A stretch of DNA of 64,000 bases from Octopus sinensis (Eukaryota). Location: positions 40,250,464 to 40,314,463 of the forward strand of contig NC_043011.1 of the NCBI RefSeq assembly GCF_006345805.1, given 5' to 3'. Of this stretch, positions 13,952 through 26,625 are shown in pieces (within the stretch, counting starts at the first letter, position 1; every line of letters starts with the position of its first letter). The notes under the pieces are model-generated. The model saw only the letters and a program-made list of their open reading frames with translations. It had not been told where the DNA came from and made no database searches. The position numbers and the translations under genes are program-made.

Positions 13952-14545
13952 ATAATAATTATAATAATAATCCTTTCTACTAAAGGCACGGGATTTGAAA
14001 TTTGGTGGGGAGGGGACTAGTCAATTACATTGACCCCCAGCGTTTCACTGATGCTTAATTTATCAACCCCAAAAGGATAAAAGGCAAAATCGACTTTGGG
14101 TGAATTTGAACTTAAAATGTAAGGACAGACGAAATGCTGCTAAGCACTACCCTGTATGCAATAATAATAATAATTTTGGAACAAGGCCAGCAGTTTTGAA
14201 GAGAGTGGGTAAGTTGATTACATTGAAACCCCCCCCCCCCGTACTTGATTGCCTTTCATCCTTTTGAGACAAATGAAAAATAGTACCAGACCTCAGGAGA
14301 ATTTGAAGTGTAAAAGAGCCAGAAGAAATGCAACTAAGCATTTTGTCTGATGCACCAATGATTCTGTCAGCTCACCACTTTAATGATAATACTATAATTA
14401 ATGTTTCTAATTTAGGTACAAGATCAGTAATTTTGATGGTAGGAAGTCTTAGCTGATTACATCAACTCCAATATTTGACTGGTACTTTTTGTCAATTTCA
14501 AACGGGTGAAAGACAAAGTTGACCTCAGCAGGAGTTGAACTTGAT
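13952..14545 (-). mobile_element. Three tandem family B SINE copies
   Basis: Three successive (AAT)n-tail-first copies with gattacat, aaaggc/aaagac and gaatttgaac motifs. Confidence 0.75.
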
Positions 14546-15700
14546 GTTCATGCTTTATTAACTCTTTGTTTGGATGATGGGGAGTCGAACTGTCTTATAG
14601 AATGATCGAATGAAATTACCCTTGAATGCTTTCTGTATGAAGAACATATACAGTTGTTGCTTACATAGTGAGTGAAAGAATTTTAGTTAATGAAGGATAG
14701 AAAAAACAAGGGAAACCATAACTATATGGTGTAGTTGATGGCAGGAGAAATCACTTTGAAATTTAAAGTAATTGAAATTCAATCTGGCTGTGTACAATGA
14801 GGTAGTAAGCTTGAGCTTGAGCAAGTGTATTGGTAACACTGGACACATTTTGGTTTTATTAGACCTTTACAGCAGAGTATAGATTCTGAGAATGAGGGAG
14901 AAGCCATAAAGTATTGCAGTGAATAAATACTAGTAGGTGTAACAACATCACAATCCCTTCAAGGATAGACTCTTGCTTATGAGATAAAAAGAAAAGAATT
15001 ATAAAAGTTTAAACGGTTGTTTAACTGATGTCATTAACTTAAATTAATCAGCACACATGTTTCCTGGCTCAGCTGGTTGTTTTATGGCCCAATATAGTGA
15101 GTACCATTAAATCTAGTGATAGGCTTTTCATGATTTATTACTGATAAAACAAATAACCAGTGATATATTATTAACCGAATTGATCCAATTACATTTTCTT
15201 TCTTTTTTCTTTTTCTTTTTTTTTTGTTTCATTTTATTCATTTAAAGAGGAAAGAAGTGCTCTCTTTATAACTTATTAGAACTTGTCCCTTTCCTACTAT
15301 CAGGAGATGTGGGTGAGGCCAGTGCTGTTGATAATGTTCTGTTGATGCAGGTTAGTAGATTACTGGAAAACATAAACAAGGGTGTTATTACACTCAACTG
15401 GAGGTTGGTTGGGCATGGAGAATAAGAGGAATATTTTACTATGTGTACTAAATAGGTTGATTCAGAGTTATTAAGTTTTCAGAGTAAAAGGCCATTGTAG
15501 TAATAGAAGAACAGGAGTAAAAGGCCACAGCCATCATAATAGATGAAATGTAAAAGATACATCCTTGGTTAGTTTTATTTATTACCACTGTCTCTTAGAG
15601 ATAGTTCAATGCACATTGTGTAGAATTTTTTGTGTCGGGGAAAAGAACAAGGTAAAATGTTTGTGGATAACTGTTGTCTTAAGCATTCTTCTATTATTTT

Positions 15701-16095
15701 TTTAACATTCATTTTTTCATGCTTGCTTAGGTTAGATGCTATAGATTTTCACTGACCAGATGCCCTACATCCTGTCGCCAATCTTTACCTATTTCCAAAC
15801 AAGGTAATATTTCTCCTTGACCAGGCATGTGTTCACGGAAGACCGGAAACAGATGATGCCATTTGGATAATGGAGACAACTATCACACATGACAAAGGGT
15901 CATGGACATAATGCACTTGCCCAAACATATTTGATGGGCTTCTTTTAGTCTATGTCAACCAAATCCACTAGAAACGGTTTTGGTCAGTCTGGAGCTATAG
16001 TAGAAGACACTTGCCCAATGTGCCATGCAGTGAGACTGAGCCTGAAGCCATGTAGCTGGCAAGCTGACTTCATACCTTACTGCCATGCCTGTTCC
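15701..16095 (-). mobile_element. Family A SINE with tail type 2
   Basis: ctatagtagaagacacttgcccaa core plus tttccaaacaaggtaatattt tail. Confidence 0.75.
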
Positions 16096-16679
16096 TAGCC
16101 ATAATATTTAATTTTGTAAATGTTGGCAATTTCCTCATTTGCTTGATTGTTTCCTCCTAAGAATTCCTTTTGATTTCAAGAAAGAAAGGAAGAAAATATC
16201 AAAAGGAAAAGTATGTCATATCCTCTAAAAGACATGCTACAAACCATTTCTAGTGGATTTCTTCAGAACATCATGAAATTAGCAACTCTGGTATTTTGTC
16301 CTCCTCTTCCTGTTCTCCCATACTTTTAACATTTGAACAGATAAATCCTGTGTCTACTGATCAATTACTTATATACCTCATATTTCTCTGATAAAAACAA
16401 AACAGAAAGCAAAACATAATCCATCGACAAGTATAAAACATTGGAATCACAAATAGTAAACAAATATTACTCAACTATAACAAGTCTTGTATTATTTCTC
16501 TTGGAACCTTTCTCCTTTGATTAGTGAAGCACGCACATTAGAATGTATAAAAGATGATCAACTGGAAACTGAATTCCTTTGAGGAAATTTTATTATTTTT
16601 TTTTTATTTGTGAGCTGTTAAGCTGTAGGAGAATGTATTTTATTTTTTTCTCCAAATTTTCTCTAAGCTAAAAATGGTT

Positions 16680-16748
<69 letters not shown>

Positions 16749-17741
16749 GCACGTTAGACATTACTTAGTCTTTTTGTATCATATCTTATTTATTTTTCAG
16801 TTTGACTTTTAAATCGGGTTTGTTGGCTATTAAGCAAGAAAACGATAAATTTTATGTCTCATCTCATCTCTTTCTCTTCTTACACATAGTGTTTTATATA
16901 CTATTACATTTTGGCACTTGCTTAAATTTTGAAAGTGATAGCTTTTAATGTTAAATTGTAACTTCATAAGATATAAAGTTTTTTTTGTTTTTTTTCTAAA
17001 AGGTATTATATATTTTTTAAAAGATAATGTGATAGAACATACAGTTCATTCAAAGAAGAAAAAAATTGAGAAATATTGCAAAATATCTCATCTAGTGATA
17101 ATGCTATATAGCAGAACTTAAATTTAACGAGAATGAGGACGCTGCAAGGTGAAATGTCATTTCATTTTCAAAGTAAAAACAGAGTTTATTTGATATTGCT
17201 CACATCACTAAGATGAGGTGATAGAGGTTATTTTATATGTGGTGTACTACATTATAGCTGTCTTTTGAAGAAGGTCAATTGAGGAAACCAATGTTCTTAG
17301 CATTTAACCAAAAAAAAAAAAAAAAAAATTCTATCCTTTCTACTCTGGTAAACTTATGGCAGTGACTAACTTGAAACTTGGAGTTTACACACACACACAC
17401 ACACAGACATACAATGGTAGATTGAGCTTGTGTGTATGTGTATTTTCATTTGCCCTTGGCAGGTGATATCATCCCTTTATTTCTGAAGAACATCAGATAT
17501 TTGAGGTTAGCAGAAAAGATCATTGACTGTTGGTCAGAGAGAGACAGACAGAGTTTTTACTACATGGCAAACATTAGTTACCTTGCTCTATAAATTAGTT
17601 TGATAATTGATTCGAGAGAGTTCCATTCGGGGGTTCTTGTTTTCCTGGAGAGTCAGAGAGCCTATGGGCAAGAAATGCTCTTGTCCTTGAACTTCAGAAT
17701 AACAGTAAGCTGTTTGCCAAACCATTTTCAGTCTTTTGATG

Positions 17742-17776
<35 letters not shown>

Positions 17777-18333
17777 CTCTCCATGTATCAATTTCCCTTT
17801 TCTCTATTTCACCTCAACATACTTTCAGTTAACTGTGATGTAGTCACCTGATAACTAGAAATAGCATGTAGCAATTCATAATTTACTTGGGTCGCTAGGA
17901 TTTTGCCCAAAGCTAGTGCTAAGCTATAGCTCATAAGTTGGTTCAGCCCTATTCATAACTTGGTACAATGAGAATGGTTAAGTTTGTTGCTAAGAGTTGG
18001 GATGTGGTGTATAACTGATGTTTCCATGGAGCACCAAAGAAAGAAGAAATGAATAGATCACTTTGTTGTATTTTATTTGCTTTTCCAGCTTTCTATGTTC
18101 TAAGTTAAATTACTACTGCGGTGTTGACTTTGCCTTTCATCCTTTTGGTGTCAAAAAATTAAGTACCAGTTGAGCATTGAGTCAGTGTAATTGACTTATT
18201 CCCTCTCCTAAAATTGGTGGCCTTGTACCAAAATTTGGAATCATTATTTTTTAGCTTAAGGGCAGTGAATTGGTAGTCAGTAGAGTACATTATTTACATT
18301 TGACAGATATTTGTCATCATCTTGTTTGTTGCT

Positions 18334-18379
18334 AACACAACGTTTCAGCTGATATACTCTCCAGCCTTCATCAGGTGTC
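18334..18379 (-). ncRNA. Minimal type I hammerhead ribozyme (Penelope-type, palindromic stem III)
   Basis: Reverse strand reads GACAC-CTGATGA-A-GGCTG-gagagtatat-CAGCT-GAAA-CG-TT-GTGTT. Stem I is GACAC/GTGTT, the core is CUGAUGA, stem II is GGCUG/CAGCU, then GAAA, a self-complementary AACGUU in place of stem III, and putative cleavage triplet GUU. Confidence 0.75.
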
Positions 18380-18451
18380 TTGGGAAAATTTCGAACCTGG
18401 GTTCTTATTCCTAAGGTATTTTTCGATGTTGTTGTTATTATTCAGGTCACT

Positions 18452-18517
18452 GCCTGGAATTGAACTCAGAATCTTGGGGTTAGTAGCCCATGCTCTCAAC
18501 CATTATGCCATATGCCC
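18452..18517 (-). promoter_or_regulatory. tRNA-derived internal Pol III promoter (A and B boxes) heading the hammerhead element
   Basis: Reverse strand gggcata-TGGCATAATGG-ttgagagcatgg-gctactaacc-ccaagattct-GAGTTCAATTCC-agg. The mirror copy keeps the A box TGGCGTAGTGG at 18527-18537. Confidence 0.75.
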
Positions 18518-18553
18518 ATGGGCATATGGCGTAGTGGTTTGAAGTTTCCCCAA

Positions 18554-18596
18554 GACACCTGATGAAGGCTGGAGAATATATCAGCTGAAATGTGTT
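18554..18596 (+). ncRNA. Degenerate hammerhead ribozyme (mirror copy)
   Basis: GACAC-CTGATGA-A-GGCTG-gagaatatat-CAGCT-GAAA-TGTGTT. The core is intact but 3 nt of the stem III/cleavage-site segment are missing. Confidence 0.6.
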
Positions 18597-19797
18597 AGCA
18601 ACAAACAAGATGAGGACAAATATCCATGAAATGTAAATAATGTACATAATTTCTCATCTCTTAAATATAGAATGAGTCAGTAACTTTGTAGTATTTCTTC
18701 TAGCTGGAGTCAACTTTGCCTTTTATCCATCCAGGGTTGTTGAAATAAAGTACCAATACTGGAGTTGATAGTATCAATTAACTCTTTCTTAAAATTGCTG
18801 ACCTGGTGCTTAAATGAGAAACCATTAATTATTGGATGATTTGCTTTCTTTAAGATTACTTCATGACAAAAGAGAGGTCAGTTCTTGCTAAGTTGATTTC
18901 ACCGCTGCTTCTATCTCTGATTGAATGTTTCATAAAGTTATGGGGTGGCTAGTGTACCATAGAAGGTAAAAAGACAAGAGTTGTTATTATTGTGGCAAGT
19001 ATTGTAAAGTTCTCAACTGTTGCTTTCTCATCCTAAAAATCTGCCTATGAAAGAAAGGACTATAAAAATGTGTGTGTGTGTTTATGTATATACACACATA
19101 AGGATGTATGTATATAGAGGATCATAGGGAAATTACTCTATCATTTAAATGATATATGAATTTTCTTATTTTACAGTTTTGTTTTTTATATGTATTTTAA
19201 TATTACCATTGCTATTTCCTGGTGATATATAATTTGGAAAATGTCATCATCAAAAGATGAGAGAATATTTATAGTCATAGGAATGGCACAGCACATATAC
19301 TGCAGCTGTTATTCTTAATTGAAGATGACTTGGTAGCATGTACCATACTGACAATTGTTTTGAGCCTATCTCCCATCACAAGCAGGTATAGACACACTCT
19401 CCACCCATCTACTCCTGACCCAATGTGACATCAAGGGTGTGTGTGTGTGTGTTAGCTAGAGAGAAGGCCTACACCAGAACTTGGCTGGTCCTCATTTTTG
19501 CTGAGTATATGGGAACAATCTGAAATGAAGTGCCTTGCTGAAGGACACACTGCACTGCCAAGTCTAGAAATCAAACCCACAACTTTGTGATTGTATACCT
19601 AGATAAATAATAAATGAGGGTATAGTTTCTGTGTTACTAAAAGCATTTGAGTAAATTACTTGAGTTACAAAATTTTACAATATTCAGATATTCTTTCAAG
19701 TAATTCTTAATTACTTCCTCTAATTTTTTTTTTTTTTTAAGAATATGAATATTAAAGTTGTGAATTGTGTTTGAATTTGTAAGAAGGTAGTGTTTAA

Positions 19798-19996
19798 CCC
19801 TTTTGCATTCAGCCAAAATATTCTACATGTTTTGTGTCCAAACCAACCAGATTCAACCTCTTCCCCTAGCCTGCAAGGTCATTCTAAAAATAACCACATC
19901 ACTGAAATCTTAAAACTACAAAATAATGCAGGATTAATTCAAAACAATGCGGAATAAATAAGTATTACATTAGACAATAATCTGTATGCTAAAGGG
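19798..19996. mobile_element. Complete piggyBac-type MITE (199 bp)
   Basis: TTAA at 19794-19797 and 19997-20000. The termini CCCTTTTGCATTCAG and CTGTATGCTAAAGGG are inverted repeats (13/15 match). Confidence 0.8.
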
Positions 19997-20410
19997 TTAA
20001 GTGGTGGTGTTACATTGGGTGTCTGTGTTCCTTGAGTGGAACTGCAATTGATTAACTTCACATTAAACAAGATCACTGCATATTTTAGATGAGGACAGAA
20101 GCTTTTTGACGGCTAGTTGTGGTGTGTTACTTAAGAAAACTACACTTTTTTTCCAATATCTAGAACAATTAGCATTCAAAATTTTAATTTTCAGAAAAAT
20201 TTCCATTGTTTTAATTCATTTGTGTGTGAGTACATTTTAATAACTTTTTGTTCCTGTTCTAGCACCAAAGGTTTCTTGCTGACAGACATCAGTATTTTTT
20301 CAATCTGGATTCAAAATCTGAATAACTCTGCTATTAAAACTAAGAATGTTGGCTTCAGTAGTGGAGTGTCATATGTATTTAGCATTCTGGCTAGGAAAAA
20401 AAAAAAATAC

Positions 20411-20569
20411 TGGCGGTGTAATAAGTAGCTTGCTTACTAACCACATGGTTCCTGGTTCAGTTCCTCTGTGTGTGGCATGTTGGGCAAGTGTCTTCTACTA
20501 TAGTCTTGGGCCAACCAAAGCCTTGTGACTGGATTTGGTAGATGGAAACTGAAAGAAGCCTGTCGTATA

Positions 20570-20633
<64 letters not shown>

Positions 20634-21098
20634 TCATCATCATCATCATCGTTTAACGTCCGTTTTCCATGCTAGCATTGGTTGGACGGTTCGACCGGGG
20701 TCTGGGAAGCCAGGAGGCTGCAGCAGGCTCCAGTCTGATCTGGCAGTATTTCTACAGCTGGATGCCCTTCCTAACACCAACCACTCCATGAATGTAGTGG
20801 GTGTTTTTTACGTGCCACCGGCACAGGGGCCAGAGGAGGCTGGCAAGCGATATATCTATATATATATATATATATATATGTAGTGTGTGTGTGTGTAGGT
20901 CTGCGTTTGTGCCCCCTCCCACTATCACTTGGTAACTAATGCTGGTGAGTTTACGTCCCCGTAACTTAGCGGTTTGGCAAAAGAGACCAATAGAATAATT
21001 AATAGGCTTGTAGAGAATAAGTCCTGAGGTCAATATGTTCAACTAAAAGTGGTGCTCCAGCATGGTTACTGTCAAATGACTGAAACCAGTAAAAGAAT
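20411..21098 (+). mobile_element. Family A SINE (tail type 1) carrying a nested RTE 3' fragment
   Basis: Head (ggttcagttcc, ttgggcaagtgtcttc) and tail (gtttacgtccccgtaacttagcgg...tgaaaccagtaaaaga) match 6876-7295. The central microsatellite is split by the 20633-20849 insertion. Confidence 0.85.
20633..20849 (-). mobile_element. 5'-truncated RTE LINE 3' end
   Basis: Reverse complement of 54200-54387 (ttaggaagggcatccagctgtagaaa...gcatggaaaacggacgttaaacgatgatg). Confidence 0.88.
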
Positions 21099-24000
21099 AT
21101 TTGTCTACAGGGAACCTTTGGTACCGGACAAGTAACAGTTTTTTTAAAAAGAATTATCTACCTTTCTGGTAGTATTGAATACTTCATCTGCTTTGTTACT
21201 AAATGAGTGTGCAAGTGTATATATGTGTATACATTCATACATACTGACATACATTGATTTCTGTTGAAGGAAAAAGTGTCTGATGTCTGAGTTTTCAATT
21301 TGTGTCTTTCTTCAGGCTTGGCATTATGTCTTTAGGCAAGACACTTGATTTTGTTTAACTAAAATTTTAAAATACCTAATTAAGCAATCGTTCTGTACTA
21401 CTATGTCTACTACTATGATTAAAAAAAAAATTATGGAAATTACATTTTTTTCGTTTCTAATTTATTTTTTTTTTACTTGGCAAACAGACTTCTGAGGTGA
21501 CAACACTTTTCTGAAATTTTTTGACTCTTTTGATACCACCCTACACAAGATGACTTACCACTTTCAGTTCTTTGAAAGCTCTCTCATTTTTAAGGTTTCA
21601 TACTGAAATTAGAACCGTCACTAATGATTTTATATAAGGAAATGTTAAAGTTGTGTTCCAACTGAATATTGAAAGAAGTTGTTTCACTGAATAAATTGCA
21701 AAATCTTGATAATTTTCAAAATTAATTCTACTATGACAGCTGTATATTTAATAAGAAATATAGTTTTTCAAGGGTTGTATTTTTCTTCTTTATATATTTA
21801 AAAAAAATTTGTCTGCATTAAATAGGTTAACACTTAACTATTATGAAATGATGTCTGGATTGGAGTTCTTAGTTTCTAAACAATTCCTGCAAACCAACAT
21901 AGCGTCTTCTACATGTACTTAGTGGTCATTCCCATACTACTTGGGCAGATACAGTGAAGGTATTGCTTTGCTAATGAGGCTGTAATAACACTAAAATGCT
22001 TGGAATTGTCTCCCTTAATTGCTGGAATAATTAAAATTGTTAATCACTGACAGGTATTGTTTTTATTCTCGCCATTCATTTATTTCTGGTTAGCTTTTTG
22101 ATGCTCCTTGCATTAAATGTTAATGCTAAATTAATTCCCTGTAGTTCATGTTAGGCATCTTGGCCATGCTGGAACCCTACTTTAATTAATTTGTCTACAA
22201 TCATTATCTTTTGATTTATCTGCGACTAATATACTCCTACAGTGTTTTCCCTATTTTTCTCTCTCTCTAGCAACTATTTATTGTGCTAGAAAAAGCATAA
22301 AGCAAAAATAAGCTAATTCATATATTTTTGTTTTTTGAGAGTTGTAAATTTTGGCATCATTTTCAATATTTGTAAACATTTTAGTCTACGTAATTGGAAA
22401 TCTATCACTTTGAAGGCTACAAATGTTTGCCGTGCTTAGCCCAGCTGTGATTGTATCAACTCTAGAAAGAGAGAGAGAGAGAGATAAATGGAATAACTGA
22501 CACCCACACAGCGAATACTTATTAACTGCATATGTGTACACACACTGTTCACATGCACACATTGACCAATAGTTACATATATATGTGTAAATAGATACAC
22601 ACCAAATCATCTGAGCATTGTAATGTTTTAGTTACCCATTGCACACACACACACACACACAAACTGTCACATAGATTTATGCACACTTTCCGTAACTCTT
22701 CTCGTCTTTTCTCTGCTTGCATGCACGCATATTCTCCCTCTTGCTTGCGCACCTGCAGTCTATCTTTCTTGCGCCCACCTACACACTCTTGTGTGCACCT
22801 ATGCACACACACACACACACACACTTTCTCTCTCTCTCATGCACTTACATAATCTTGCACACCTGCACTCTCATTCTGTTGCACTTGATTCATCACACAC
22901 ACACACACACACACACACTCTCTCTCTCTCTCTCTCTGGTTGTTTTAGTTTACGTATTTATTCACATGGATTAGTTAGCGTATTTTAGAACGGAGCTTAT
23001 ATTAAGGTTATCCTTTCCCTTCATACACTTGAGCATTTCACGTTCACACACACATACACACTTTTTTTCTCTCTCTCCCTCTATACTACTACTACATCAG
23101 AATACTTGCCACCTTAGATGCCCATAAGTCTCTCTCGTTTACTTCTAGTTCACTTGTATTCATTATCCAACATTAAAAACTGTGTATTCTAAGTGATTAA
23201 ATGTTTGTTTGTTCTTTTAGGATTTCTTTTTTCTGTTATTTTCTCTCTCTAGAGCTTTAAAGTTCTCAGGCTGGTTACTAAGTTTGTTTTTTTTCTGTTT
23301 TGGCACTGGTGTTGGCCTTTCAGTTCATTACTATCAGTGAAGCCAAATGGCTGTTGTTTGCTGTTCCTGTTATGTAAACTAACATAGCCTAGCGGACTTT
23401 GAAACACTGAGCTAATGTGTAAAGACTGGAGCTAATGTATGTGTATCTGTAATTAACTTTCTCTGGCTTATCGCTATTAGTCTTTCTTTGATGTGTTGCA
23501 GTTTTAATTACTCCCCTAAGATAAGGATTTCCTTCCTCAGCAGAAAGTTTTGTTTCTTTCTTTGTTAATTGTTTTTTTTTGTTTTTTTTTTTGTTTTTCT
23601 TTTTTTATGTTTGGCTTTCCCATTGTAAAGGAGAGCTAGGTTGTTGCTGCACTAATGACCACCAGGTCATAAGTTTAAACATTACTATGGTAGTTTGGTG
23701 TCCCTAGGCAATGCGGCGTACTACTTAGCTTCAGTCTAACATGTTGAGAATACTTTGTAGTTGGAATATAAGAGTAAATGTTTAATTATATGGAATGATA
23801 ATTCATTCCATAGCAATTCTTCAAGATATTTCTAATCTTGAGAAATATAGAAGTCAATCAAAAGGCTTGCAGTTGTAAAACTGCAATAGTTGATTTGCAT
23901 TGTATATTATAACTGGTACTTTTGTCAATAAACATAGGATTCTGTTCTTGCAGGAAGAAAGATTTTTGTTGATTCTTTGAATGCTTGATTAATCTAGTTT

Positions 24001-25159
24001 ACTTTTGGCTTTTGTTTGACATGATATACACGGACACAGGCATGGTCATGTGATAAGGAAGTTCTCTTAATCAAGTGATTCCAAGTTCCAGCTCACTGCA
24101 TGCTATTTTGAGCAAGAAAGAATCGATGGTTTTCAGTATGCTTCATTAATCTAGTTTACTTTTGGCCTTTTTGTTTCATACAAATGTGTGATTAAGAGGT
24201 TCTCTTCTCAATCATGTGATTCTAATTTCCACCCCACTGCACATCACTTTGGGCTAGTGTCTTTACCATTATGCTTGGTCAATCCAAGCTGTCTGAGTGA
24301 AATTGGGTAGATCAGGATTATGGAAGCTCATTAGTTATTCTTTACCTGTTATACTTTCTCCTCTTTTGCATTGTTCATGGAAACTTCCTCTTCTTGAGAG
24401 TAGTCGTATTGGAGTGTGATTAAATTATTTTAAGGGCTTTGTAAATGAAGAAGATATCCAAATTCAAGCATAACTTTTGTTGGACCTAGTCATTTATTAA
24501 TATTGAAATTTTTATGTTGAAACAATGACATCCATCAAAATGACATCCTGATCTAATGAGAGTACCTTTGTTCCCGAAATTTCAGAGCTGCGTCAAAGTT
24601 AGAAAGGATTGCTGTTATTATTTAGACAGCAAACTGGCAGAACACTTAGCGGCATTTCATTCATCTTTACGTTCTGAGTTCAAATTCCACCAAGTTCAAT
24701 TTTGAGGTTGGCAAAACAAGTACCAGTTCATAACTTGGATTGATATAATCAGCATTGCCCTATCCCAAAGTTGCTTATCTTGTGCCAATCTTTGAAGTCA
24801 TTATTATTCTGTTTGTCATTTTCCTCTCTCGATATCCTTTATTTCTCTATAAGTTCCTTTTAATTAGTTTCTTTCTGTTTCCCTCACTTTGTCTCCACTG
24901 TTTGTCTTTCATCTCTTTCTCTCTCTCTCTCCCTCTCTCTCTGTATATATATATATATATATATATGATAGTAGATTCTCTTGTCAGCTTTGATGTATGA
25001 TGTTTAGCCAACATAAGTATTGCCTACCCACACAAATGATATCTTTCCGGTAGCAAATGAAAACTTGTGTAGGACCAGCCTTTTGGATCAGTTTTTGGAT
25101 ATACTTACAGCACAAAATTGGTGCTACTGTTTGGTACAAATTCAGTGAACAACATACCT

Positions 25160-25435
25160 TAGCCTTTTCTATTGATGTTCTCCATCTCCTGGGTTAGTTG
25201 CCTTTACCATGCCATTGAGTTCAACCTTGGTTAAATGTGCACCTAGGCACAAACCAGAAATGTTAAAGTCCTCATGCATATATGTAAATCTATCTATCAC
25301 ATAACTGGATGGCCATTGACTCTCCTGGCTTTGCCCACTCTTTGACTTGTCTTGTTTTTCATCCTGCAGGTTGTCCAAAAACCACCATATACATCAAGTA
25401 AGCTTGGTGGTGTTGCTTGCTTAGCTGCCAATGCA
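25160..25435 (-). mobile_element. Possible RTE 5'UTR remnant
   Basis: Reverse strand catggtaaaggcaactaacccaggagatggagaac resembles the end of RTE 5'UTRs. Highly decayed. Confidence 0.35.
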
Positions 25436-26586
25436 ACAGTATGAAAACCTATTTTACTTAGTTATCACTCTAAATAATAACGGTTGCTAGGAATAATCTT
25501 TCATCATTTCTCCCTTTTAAACATCTTTTAGTTGTTGCTAAAACAACTTCCACTGACAAAACAATGGTGTTTAATTTTTTTTTTTTTTTTTTAAGATTTC
25601 TTAAAAAGAAAAAAGAGTTACTTTGTAAATTTTGAAGAATCATTATAGTTTTGAACAGTTTTACAGTTTCATGATAGATCTCACTTGATGTGGAATGATT
25701 TTTTTTTTCTGAATTCAAAATTCAGTTCCTCACTGGCTGATATATCAACATGCAAAAAATGTTTCCTGGCCTGGTATTTATTCTTTGCTCCATTTTGCTG
25801 AATTGCTATCTCATAGGGATGTAAATAAATCAACACCATTTGACAAGAGTTGATGATGCACACACTCACGCACACAGATGATAGGCTTCCACATAGTTTC
25901 CATCTACCAAATTCACCCAAAAGGCATTGGTTGGTCTACAGCTGTAGTAGAAAACTCATGCTGAAGGTGCCATGCAGTGAAATTGAAACTAAAACCTCAT
26001 GGTCGCAAAGCAAGTTTGTTAACCTCAGTGCCATACTAGACCTTTATGTAAATCAATTTTGCAAAATTAATTAATAATTTCTGGAAATCATAAATTATCT
26101 GCCCCCTTTTTGTGAGTTGCTAACAGTTATCTCTAGGTTTTTGTTTCCTGTATCCAACTAAGCAATTACAGTGATTTTTTTTTTTTTATGCTTAGGTCAT
26201 TCAAAATGATCCCTTTATTCATATATCAAAATTCATTGCCTATAACCCTCTTGTGATTATTTCCCTTTTGCTCATTTTAATTATGGTATATATTTTATTG
26301 ACTGTGAAATGTGTAGTGCCCCTCCCACCTCTTTTGGAAAAAAGACACACACACACTTGCACGCTCACAGATGTTATAGGTTGAAATAGCACTATTTTTA
26401 TAGTAAAATACCCCCTCCATCCTATTCTGTGAATTCTTTCCCTGATAACATTGTGTGTAAATTGAATTGTGTTTGGATGTGTAGAAACCGGCATCACAAG
26501 AGTGGAAATAATACAGCTTTCTTTATCATGCACGCGCACACACACACACAACCACATATTGGTTGGTTTTTAATTTATTTATATAT

Positions 26587-26625
<39 letters not shown>

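Larger units (their letters stand above)
18283..18674. mobile_element. Inverted-dimer element with tRNA-derived head and hammerhead ribozyme; candidate Penelope-like-element (PLE)-mobilised SINE or retrozyme
   Basis: ~110-bp inverted arms (18285-18397 and 18536-18645), a central 24-bp perfect palindrome (18507-18530), and flanking direct repeats AGTCAGTA at 18275-18282 and 18675-18682. Confidence 0.85.
18085..18835 (+). mobile_element. Two tandem family B SINEs; the second is interrupted by the 18283-18674 insertion
   Basis: First copy at 18085-18250. The second head (aagggcagtgaattggtag) resumes after 18675 with gtcaactttgccttttatcc...gaaaccattaattatt. Confidence 0.7.

Noticed and set aside
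14796-14812. TGAGGTAGTA matching the let-7 5' end
   Set aside because: Only 10 nt match and there is no precursor hairpin.
18452-18517. Possible genuine tRNA gene
   Set aside because: No acceptor stem and only a 3-bp anticodon stem; it is a SINE-type head.
23814-23878. AG followed by (A)ILQDISNLEKYRS, superficially like the expected next WAVE exon (VSLQDI)
   Set aside because: Stops after about 21 codons, has a weak pyrimidine tract, and shows no similarity beyond LQDI.
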